Shown: positions 9,435 through 17,122 of the stretch, piece after piece
Layout of the letters: every line of letters begins with the position of its first letter
Numbering within the stretch: the first letter of the stretch is position 1
Assembly: GCA_044345055.1 (NCBI GenBank)
Contig: JBIJBT010000056.1
Location: 1-18,291 of the forward strand
Origin: Bdellovibrionota bacterium
GTDB lineage: Bacteria; Bdellovibrionota_C; UBA2361; OMIW01
DNA length: 18,291 bases
Direction: 5' to 3'
Program-made: the position numbers and the translations under genes
The notes under the pieces: generated by a model
Databases searched by the model: none
The model's input: only the letters and a program-made list of their open reading frames with translations
Told to the model about the DNA's origin: nothing

Positions 9435-10601
9435 TTATGGATCTTCCCTTACGAGACTTGATGCGATAACGATCCGCTGAATCTCAGTGGTCCCCTCATA
9501 AATCTCTGTGATTTTAGCATCTCGAAGATGTCTTTCCGCTGGATAGTCACGCACATACCCGTAACCGCCGTGAATCTGAATCCCTTTATCCGCGCAATCC
9601 ATCGCGACGCGCGAAGCAAAGAGTTTCGCCTGAGCTGCCTCTCTCGCATAGGATAGCCCCGCATCTTTTTTTCTTGCAGCGGCAAGGGTCAGATAACGAG
9701 CTGCATCTATTCCCGTAATCATATCGGCAAGGTAATTTTGTATCGATTGATGTTCGACTATCGCTTTTCCAAACGTTTTTCGCTCTTTCCCGTAGTGGAG
9801 TGCGTCAGTAAGCGCCGCTCGAGCGATTCCGATAGCCTGAGCAGCAACTCCGATACGACCACCGTTGAGTGTGTTCATAGCAACCGAAAACCCTTTGCCC
9901 TCAACTCCAAGAAGGTTCTCGCGAGATAATTCAACACCATCGTAGGTAATACTTGCGGTAGATGAAGCGCGTATGCCGAGCTTATCTTCGTGTTTTCCTA
10001 CTAATATACCGGGAAGATTCATATCGTGAACAAAGGCGGAAACTCCCTTGTAGCCCGCTGTAATATCAGATGTCGCAAGAAGAACACAGACTCCCGCATC
10101 AGGTGCGTTGGTAATCCAATTTTTTGTGCCGGAGACGATGAATTTATCTTGTGATGCGCAATAGTGACAGGTAAGAGAAGCGGCATCGCTGCCGGTCCCC
10201 GGCTCAGAGAGTGCAAAACAGCCGAGAGTTTTTCCTGTGGCAAGTGGTCGGCCAAAACGCTGGTGTTGTTCCGGAGTGCCGTAGTAAACCACTGGCCAGA
10301 GGCAAAGTGAATTGTGAGCACTGACTATAATCGCTGTTGAGGCGCACGCTGCGGCGAGTTCCTCGATTAGAACAGAGTAGGCTACTGAACTTAAGTCTGA
10401 GCCGCCTATAGCATCAGGAGCAACCGCACCCAAAAAACCGAGAGTCCCAAGCTTTGCGATGATATCGCCGGGAAACTCACCCCGCGCATCAAGCTCTGCT
10501 GCCCGAGGCGCCACCTCTTTTTCAGCAAAATCTCTCGCGAGAACCTGAACGGAGAGCTCTTCATCATTTAGTAGAAACGCACAGCCATCACGCCATCCCA
10601 T
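9435..10601 (-). CDS. Short-chain (butyryl-CoA-type) acyl-CoA dehydrogenase
   Basis: Motifs CFALSEPGTGSDA, GTKNWITNA, KLGIRASST, GGRIGVAAQA, IQIHGGYGY and ITEIYEGTTEIQR (catalytic Glu in YEG). Confidence 0.93.
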   Translation of the reverse strand: MGWRDGCAFLLNDEELSVQVLARDFAEKEVAPRAAELDARGEFPGDIIAKLGTLGFLGAVAPDAIGGSDLSSVAYSVLIEELAAACASTAIIVSAHNSLCLWPVVYYGTPEQHQRFGRPLATGKTLGCFALSEPGTGSDAASLTCHYCASQDKFIVSGTKNWITNAPDAGVCVLLATSDITAGYKGVSAFVHDMNLPGILVGKHEDKLGIRASSTASITYDGVELSRENLLGVEGKGFSVAMNTLNGGRIGVAAQAIGIARAALTDALHYGKERKTFGKAIVEHQSIQNYLADMITGIDAARYLTLAAARKKDAGLSYAREAAQAKLFASRVAMDCADKGIQIHGGYGYVRDYPAERHLRDAKITEIYEGTTEIQRIVIASSLVREDP

Positions 10602-10645
10602 CGAGTTTCCTCCATTCGTTTCTCAAGAGTAGCTGATAATCCCCT

Positions 10646-11431
10646 CTACCGGCCCACAAAGGAGGCCTTTCGTTTTTCAAGAAATGCCTTCATTCCCTCA
10701 TCCCTATCTTCAGTCGCAAAGAGAGCAAGAAACGCCTCTACCTCTCGCCGCATACCTGAAAGCTGATCTCCCTCAACCGTTTTGTTTATCACCCGCTTTG
10801 CCGCCGAAAGGGCAAGTGGAGCTTTTTCAGCTAATTTTTGAGTGAATTTAGAGACCTCGTTTTCAAACTCCTCTGCAGCAAACACCTCGTCAACCAGACT
10901 AACCAGTTTTGCGTCTTTCGCATCGAGAAGGTTGCCAGTCAGAGTAATGTAACGCGCTGTTCCGACACCGCATCGTGAGATAAGGCGCTGAGTGCCCCCA
11001 AAACCAGGAATTACACCCAAATTAACCTCAGGAAGTCCTAGCTTTGCGTTACTACTTGCAAGTATAAGATCTCCTGCGAGCGCAACCTCAAGACCACCAC
11101 CGAGAGCATACCCCTGTACCGCAACAACAACTGGTGCCCTACACAGCTCAATCGCTCTCACAGCCCGCTGACCTAATTCGATAAAATCAGCTATTGCGCG
11201 TGGTCCAAGGTCAAACATCGCGCGAATATCAGCACCTGCAACAAATGCCTTATCGCCAGCTGACTGGAGAAGCACAACTCGGACTGACGCATCTTCTTCG
11301 ATCTTTGCAAACTCAACGATTAATGATTGCAAAACGTCTGGATTAAGCGCATTCAGGTGTTCGGGACGCTGGATAGTTACGACTGCAACGGCACCTCGTT
11401 TAACCACTGATACTGATGAGTATTCCAACAT
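10646..11431 (-). CDS. Enoyl-CoA hydratase (crotonase)
   Basis: Motifs AFVAGADI, GYALGGGLE and GLPEVNLGVIPGFGGTQRL, with both catalytic Glu present. ATG at 11431 lies 7 nt from GGAGG; the ORF track starts at TTG 11437. Confidence 0.93.
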   Translation of the reverse strand: MLEYSSVSVVKRGAVAVVTIQRPEHLNALNPDVLQSLIVEFAKIEEDASVRVVLLQSAGDKAFVAGADIRAMFDLGPRAIADFIELGQRAVRAIELCRAPVVVAVQGYALGGGLEVALAGDLILASSNAKLGLPEVNLGVIPGFGGTQRLISRCGVGTARYITLTGNLLDAKDAKLVSLVDEVFAAEEFENEVSKFTQKLAEKAPLALSAAKRVINKTVEGDQLSGMRREVEAFLALFATEDRDEGMKAFLEKRKASFVGR

Positions 11432-11482
11432 CCGCAAGCCTCCTCTTTGATAATCTTTCAGCCGAGGCGAATTCTATTTGCT

Positions 11483-11508
11483 TTCGCCGCTTCGCTTCGC
11501 CGCATCGC
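11483..11508. repeat. 13-bp tandem duplication inside a short inverted repeat
   Basis: TTCGCCGCTTCGC / TTCGCCGCATCGC (1 mismatch), bracketed by ATTTGC (11476-11481) and GCAAAT (11512-11517). Confidence 0.5.
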
Positions 11509-11527
11509 GGTGCAAATCCACGCTCAA

Positions 11528-11884
11528 TTATCCCGGAGGCCATTCAAACCTGCGACCACCCAATACATGGGCATGCATATGAAGAACTGTCTGACCTGCC
11601 CCTACGCCAGTATTAATTACAATCCGATATCCCGATTCAATTAGACCCTGTGATTTGGCTACCTCTACGCACCCCTGCATGACGTGGCCAAGGAGTATCG
11701 CATCGTCTATCTTTCCGATATTTGCAAACTGTTGCTTCGGAACAACGAGTACATGGACTGGAGCTTGGGGATTGGAGTCGCGAAAAGCTAGAACATCATC
11801 CGTTTCATACACAATATCTGCTGGAACCTCTCGCGCGATTATTTTTCCAAAAATTGTTTCTTTGACTGCCATAGTTTGAACCAC
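11528..11884 (-). CDS. Histidine triad nucleotide-binding protein (HINT family)
   Basis: Motifs TIFGKII, AFRDSNPQAPVHVLVVPK, GQTVLHMHAHVLGGR (HxHxH) and C-terminal WPPG. The true start may be ATG at 11872. Confidence 0.95.
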   Translation of the reverse strand: MVQTMAVKETIFGKIIAREVPADIVYETDDVLAFRDSNPQAPVHVLVVPKQQFANIGKIDDAILLGHVMQGCVEVAKSQGLIESGYRIVINTGVGAGQTVLHMHAHVLGGRRFEWPPG

Positions 11885-12026
11885 TAAATAGTCATCATAC
11901 GCCCCTTGCAGAGCACAATTATTCTAAATTTTGAAGTAACACTATCATCTCACCGGTTGGACCGATAGAGTGAAAAAGGCGGGCGTATTTGAGAGGAAGT
12001 AGTGAGATACCTCGTTATAGAAGATT

Positions 12027-13448
12027 CTATCCAATTACCTTCTTTAGTTTTTTTCGAAGGTGCACTGAATCATCGCGAATGGCTTGGCGAGTGTTTTGGC
12101 TGATAGCTTGACTGCGCCGCTGCTCGGGCGAATTGGCAACAGAATTAGAAAGGTGAAGCTGCTTGGCCTTTAGAAGCACTTTGTCGATTCGGTAGCCATC
12201 CATATCGACGACCTCAAAGTCGATATCACCAAAACTAAATCTATCTCCGGTACGAGGAACGTTGCCGAGCCGCTCCATTATCAAACCTCCGAGCGAATAG
12301 AACCCCTTTCTCTCCCGTTCGATCGGAAGCCTTATTCCAATACGCTCCATCATATCCTCGAGATCAACCGATGCATCGACAAGATACGAGCCATCCTCAC
12401 GTTTTACGATAGTCGATTCAGTTGCAAATTCACTATCGCCGATCTCTCCGACAAGAGCCTCCATCAGGTCATGAGTTGTGATCAATCCATCAATACCGCC
12501 GTATTCATCGATTACAAGGGCAAAACGGTGCTTGTCTTCTTGGAACCTCTGTAAAACAGATAGAGCCGGAGAGGTCGCAGGAACCTGATACGGGTCTCTA
12601 CACCGAGAAAGGTCTAAATCTTTTCGTCCCGCAGTTATCTGTTCTGCAAGATCCCCGATAGAAACAATTCCAAGAATGTCATCAATCGAGCCCCGCATAA
12701 CGGGAAAATGAGAGAAACCACTCTGACGTGCGGCTTGCCAAAGCTCAATCAAAGGCTCTTCGCAATCAAGCCATACGATGTCGTTTCGTGGAGTCATGAG
12801 TGAGCTTACGTAACGTGATCCAAATCGAAAAACCTTCGTGACAATCCTCTGTTCTGCTGGATGAATTAAACCTGATTCTCTCGCCCGATCCAAAACAAGC
12901 CGAACCTCCTCTTCGGTTACAAGGGGTGTAATATCACCATTCTCGGATGATATAACCGGGAGGATTACGTTCGAGATTGCATCGGTAGCCCGAATGAAGT
13001 GACGAAGGAGATAATGCAACCCATCGGCAATTGGTGACGTGATTCGGTATATTATCGATGGATATCGAAGAGCTAATCTTCTCGGGATAGCATCGCCAAA
13101 TGTGACGACAGCCCCAGCAATAAGAAACACTAGTATTGTGAACGTGCCCGTCGCGATCGACTCTTTTAGAGTGTTCTCAGGTATTATCCCCGATTGAATT
13201 AAAATGCCGAGCGGCTCTCTCAAATACCATCCACTATAGGCTCCTGTTAAAACAAGAACTAAAGTAAGTGCCGAACGTACTCCTGCGAGCAAATCCGAGC
13301 GAGCGGTTCTATCAAAACGTCTGGCTTTATCTGAACGATCTTCGAAGCGACTCTCAACCACGAGAGCTACTTTGGTGAGGGTAAGGATGAACGAGAAGAA
13401 AACGAGAATAAGAACGATTGAACTGTGAAAAAAGAGGTCGGGATGCAT
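12027..13448 (-). CDS. HlyC/CorC (CNNM-like) protein: DUF21 TM domain + CBS pair + CorC_HlyC
   Basis: Motifs MTPRNDI, SGFSHFPV, ALVIDEYGGIDGLITTHDLMEALVGEI, REDGSYLVDA, SLGGLIM and FEVVDMDGYRIDKV. Confidence 0.92.
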   Translation of the reverse strand: MHPDLFFHSSIVLILVFFSFILTLTKVALVVESRFEDRSDKARRFDRTARSDLLAGVRSALTLVLVLTGAYSGWYLREPLGILIQSGIIPENTLKESIATGTFTILVFLIAGAVVTFGDAIPRRLALRYPSIIYRITSPIADGLHYLLRHFIRATDAISNVILPVISSENGDITPLVTEEEVRLVLDRARESGLIHPAEQRIVTKVFRFGSRYVSSLMTPRNDIVWLDCEEPLIELWQAARQSGFSHFPVMRGSIDDILGIVSIGDLAEQITAGRKDLDLSRCRDPYQVPATSPALSVLQRFQEDKHRFALVIDEYGGIDGLITTHDLMEALVGEIGDSEFATESTIVKREDGSYLVDASVDLEDMMERIGIRLPIERERKGFYSLGGLIMERLGNVPRTGDRFSFGDIDFEVVDMDGYRIDKVLLKAKQLHLSNSVANSPEQRRSQAISQNTRQAIRDDSVHLRKKLKKVIG

Positions 13449-13809
13449 AGCGTTACTGTTTGCAACCAGAGGGGGATGTTAAACAAAGCCCCTACTATGG
13501 CCGAATGTGATGTATGGAATCAACAACCCGCCTCTATAATAGCGGAAAAGGGGATACGAACATAAAACCGAAGGCGAACCGTACAAGTATACCACAGATC
13601 TAGCAGTTCGATGAAAAAAAGCGCAACCACTGATTCTCAACTGAAATAATATCAAAGATTTTAGAGTCCTAATCCAAAATTGCTTGCGCTCTTTTTTTTG
13701 GCTGAGTAAATGTGCTAGGAAATATTCCAGCTGTACTTCCGCCGCTCAGCTACTCTGAAATTATCAGAGAGTCTGACGAAAGAGATTCCATAATTTATCT
13801 CAATTATCA

Positions 13810-16080
13810 ATGCTGTCACTTCGCAACCTCCAGGAACGTCACTCCGCACTATGCGCTAAGGTAAAAGATTCCGCAGAGTTTTTTAGGAGTAGGTTTGAAT
13901 CCCCGCCGATGCCTCGCGCTCATGTGGAACTTACATCGGCGATTGAAAGAAAAGATTGGGAACAAGTTGATAAAATAATCGAACAGACGTTACGCCGCGA
14001 TTATTCCGGCGCGTTCCTTCATGAACTTTTTTCTCAGCCACTCCCCGAAACTGGTCTTAGCTCTACTATCAGTGGTTTACCGCCAGTCCTTGCAATGGTT
14101 GTGCAGGATAGCTCACCAAAATTATTCGAGAAGCTGCACGAATTAGGGGTTCCAATTAATCAACGAGCACCCGATTCGTGGCAGATACCGGGTGCAACTG
14201 CTATTCATCTTGCGGTGACAGAAAAACGATTTCATTTGATTCCTAAACTCGCTTCTTGTGGAGTTAATCCAAACGCACTGGCAGGTGATGGGGAAACATC
14301 GCCGCTTCAGCTGGCGGTTCAGGCGGCCTCAAGTCGGGAAGGGTCTATTGAGGGACTTCCCGAACTTGTTTCAAGTGGTGCATCGCTTCGCACTCTTGCG
14401 GATGGAACGGGTTTGAATCTGAGAGGGTGCCGCATCAGTGAAGATTTGCGAGGATTTTCTCTCCGCGATGCGAATCTAATTGGCGCTAATCTTAGTCAAT
14501 CCCGTGTTGACCGTAACACGTTGAAGGGTTGTTGGTACGGGCCTGATACGGTACTTCCGGAGAGTGTCATTCCTTCATCGATGTCGATGAGGCCAGGTTT
14601 GATGGTGCCCGATCTCCGCACAGGCAGTCCCCGTTATTATTCGAAGAGCGAGCTAGAGAAAATGTTCGAGGAAAGCGGCTCTAAGCGCCCTAAGTATCTC
14701 GCTGATGAAGCAAGGCGGCTTGTAAAAGTATCGGGGAAAATACGGGACGGAGTTCTCTATCTTCAGGTTGCCGAGGAAAATGCGAAGTTTGGAAATCAGG
14801 GTACAGGAGCTGCGATGACTGAGCTCCTCCCTCGTCTAATCTATGGTTACGAACCGGGAGTGATCGGTAAGTTACTCGGTTCTATTGAGGCATCGATGGA
14901 GGGTCTTAAACCAGCTGCCGACTATCAACCAAATGAAGCCGAATTTCTCGCTCTTCTTCGCCACTCTCGCGATACTCAGCTTGAGCGGATCGGTGCAGCT
15001 GGGCAGCTCACCCGAGTATTGACGAGCATTACGTATTGGTACGGATCCAATGAAAAGCTCGAGATGAATACGGAGGTTGCTAGTAATTGGGGGAGAATTG
15101 GAGCGCTTAATTTTAGCTTCGGGAGATTTAAACATGATGCGATGCGTGAGTACCAGACACTTAATGCTGACTTTCGTATAGCAGTAGGCCCCTGTCTACT
15201 CGAACAGTTCGGAGGAAAACCGTATGATCTCGGAGAGGTTAATACTTATCATAAGCCCGACGGATCATTGATCGAGATCCCCCTTCGCGGTTTCGCTTTT
15301 CCCGCTGGCTGGAAGGAATTTAACTATATAGGTTCTGATAAAGAGGGTAATTCACAGCGTCTCAGTGCGGACTCTCAATTGTCGATAGTGCTAAGTCAAA
15401 CAGATATAAAAATTAGCCACCCGATACACGGTTCTCTCGTTATTCCAAATAAGAGCCCTCTTTTTGCGAGAGGTTATTACGAAGGAGCGGCGTATTTTAG
15501 TGAGCTTGGAGTTGGTGATGGCATGAGTCAGGAGGAGCTATTGAGCATCACACCGAAAAACCTAGGTGCATTCGGTTTTAGGGAGATTTTGAATATTGAT
15601 CTGAATGCCTCGGTTCCCGATTTGCAGAAAAATATTGGGGCTCTGCTTGATGGGTTTGATGCATTTTATCAGGATTACAGCCGTTGGAAATTCGATACAA
15701 ATCGTTATACCGCGCTTTCCTATATTCCTATTCCCGGGCAAGAGGAGATGAGGTTGTTGGGCGGGCCGGCATCGCCGGGATTCCGTTCTTTGATTGATAT
15801 TGTCGAACGGCTCTCGAAAAAAGGACTACCCGTTGCGCTTGCTTTTGTTCCACACGATCTTCCGCCCGTAGTGCCGTATTCTTTTAGCGACGAAGAGGGT
15901 AAACAGCGGCAATTACTCTCAATAAATGCAGAGCGACTCTCGGCGCTCAAGGAGCTAGCGAGAGGACCGATAAACGTGGACCGTTTGAAAAAAAATGGCA
16001 TATTTCAGTTCATCGATACCGGCTTTCGTAATGAAGCAGATCTTATAATCGTTGAATCGCATCCTTCATGGATCCAATAA
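13810..16080 (+). CDS. Hypothetical protein with N-terminal ankyrin repeats, a short pentapeptide repeat and an unassigned C-terminal region
   Basis: 756-aa ORF. Ankyrin-like GATAIHLAV...KLASCGVNPN and GETSPLQLAV...ELVSSGAS. Pentapeptide run DLRGFSLRDANLIGANLSQS with cap GCWYGPDTVLP. Confidence 0.75.
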   Translation: MLSLRNLQERHSALCAKVKDSAEFFRSRFESPPMPRAHVELTSAIERKDWEQVDKIIEQTLRRDYSGAFLHELFSQPLPETGLSSTISGLPPVLAMVVQDSSPKLFEKLHELGVPINQRAPDSWQIPGATAIHLAVTEKRFHLIPKLASCGVNPNALAGDGETSPLQLAVQAASSREGSIEGLPELVSSGASLRTLADGTGLNLRGCRISEDLRGFSLRDANLIGANLSQSRVDRNTLKGCWYGPDTVLPESVIPSSMSMRPGLMVPDLRTGSPRYYSKSELEKMFEESGSKRPKYLADEARRLVKVSGKIRDGVLYLQVAEENAKFGNQGTGAAMTELLPRLIYGYEPGVIGKLLGSIEASMEGLKPAADYQPNEAEFLALLRHSRDTQLERIGAAGQLTRVLTSITYWYGSNEKLEMNTEVASNWGRIGALNFSFGRFKHDAMREYQTLNADFRIAVGPCLLEQFGGKPYDLGEVNTYHKPDGSLIEIPLRGFAFPAGWKEFNYIGSDKEGNSQRLSADSQLSIVLSQTDIKISHPIHGSLVIPNKSPLFARGYYEGAAYFSELGVGDGMSQEELLSITPKNLGAFGFREILNIDLNASVPDLQKNIGALLDGFDAFYQDYSRWKFDTNRYTALSYIPIPGQEEMRLLGGPASPGFRSLIDIVERLSKKGLPVALAFVPHDLPPVVPYSFSDEEGKQRQLLSINAERLSALKELARGPINVDRLKKNGIFQFIDTGFRNEADLIIVESHPSWIQ

Positions 16081-16647
16081 AAAAGAGTTCGCAATGTCGG
16101 CCATTCGATGAATACTAAATTCATCGGTAAGACTGGGTATATCGTGATGATATACCCACTGCAAAGCTAAAGATTCAGCGCTGCACACAATTTCATCAGA
16201 TCGAGCTTGCAATAAAAATCGAATATCAAAATGAAGATGCTGCGGCTCATCTGCGCGAGCGGGGATGTGATGTACATCGAGATCGAAGACTTCATTGGTT
16301 ACAAAATCAAATTCCGATAATCCAGATTCTTCTTGCGCTTCTCGCAGCGCAGCGGCCGCAACATCGGCTTCGCCATCAACGTGTCCCCCGAGCTGGAGCC
16401 AACGTTGAAGTTTTCGGTGATAACAGAGCAGAACCTTCCCTCCGCAGGGGCTTATAATCCACGAGGATGCCGTAACATGACCTGGTTCAAAATGGCTCCG
16501 CCACAATACTCGGTCTCCCTGTGTGAGAAGCTCAAGAACTGCAGTTTTGGCTTTTAATTGACACGGATACTTGGGGGATAGGGAAAAAGATTCAATAAGG
16601 GCGATGGTGTTTGAGAGAGAGAATAGCTTGGACGACGATGCAGTCAT
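16066..16647 (-). CDS. NUDIX hydrolase
   Basis: Nudix box GGHVDGEADVAAAALREAQEESGL, plus GHVTAS, HRKLQRWLQ, DLDVHHIP and HLHFDIRF. 15-bp 3' overlap with the convergent gene. Confidence 0.93.
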   Translation of the reverse strand: MTASSSKLFSLSNTIALIESFSLSPKYPCQLKAKTAVLELLTQGDRVLWRSHFEPGHVTASSWIISPCGGKVLLCYHRKLQRWLQLGGHVDGEADVAAAALREAQEESGLSEFDFVTNEVFDLDVHHIPARADEPQHLHFDIRFLLQARSDEIVCSAESLALQWVYHHDIPSLTDEFSIHRMADIANSFLLDP

Positions 16648-16760
16648 TGCATATCAAAAAAAGTTTTCAAAAAAACCACGGGAAGGTGATTAAGAGGAGG
16701 AGAAATGTCGAATGACAGAATCAGAGCACTGACAGGCATGTATTTGAAAGGAATATGTTC

Positions 16761-16836
<76 letters not shown>

Positions 16837-16845
16837 GTGACGTGG

Positions 16846-16875
16846 AGTTTGTCTAGAAATGGCTCGAAAAGTCAA
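16846..16875 (-). promoter_or_regulatory. Putative sigma70-type promoter of tRNA-Lys
   Basis: TTGACT (16875-16870), 18-nt spacer, CAAACT, then a GC-rich discriminator-like CCACGTCAC directly before the tRNA. Confidence 0.4.
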
Positions 16876-17122
16876 GATCTCGGGGAAGAATTTTGTGGAG
16901 GGCGAGGTTGAGTTTTGCTCGAAAGATCTTTAAGAACCTGGCAGTACATGTACGGTCTCAGGGAGAAAAAAGGTCAATTTCTCCCCGTTGAACCATTTCT
17001 CGATACTGTCCTATGATGCCGACGAGGAGAGTCTTTAACTGAGTTTATTGACTCAACAGCCGAACACCGAATCTTCTTAACGTTCGGAAAACACCAAGAA
17101 GATGCAAGGGAGTATAACGGCG

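Noticed and set aside
4045..10321. Many short ORFs overlapping clpB, the mutase genes and the dehydrogenase (e.g. 5306-5710, 8507-8923, 8948-9469)
   Set aside because: They overlap strongly conserved genes and have no recognisable motifs, consistent with frame or antisense shadows.
13751..13790. Hammerhead ribozyme (GAAA ... CTGACGA)
   Set aside because: Only 12 nt separate GAAA and CTGACGA, too few for stems I and III, and no GAAA follows downstream. It is just a small hairpin, CTCTGA/TCAGAG.
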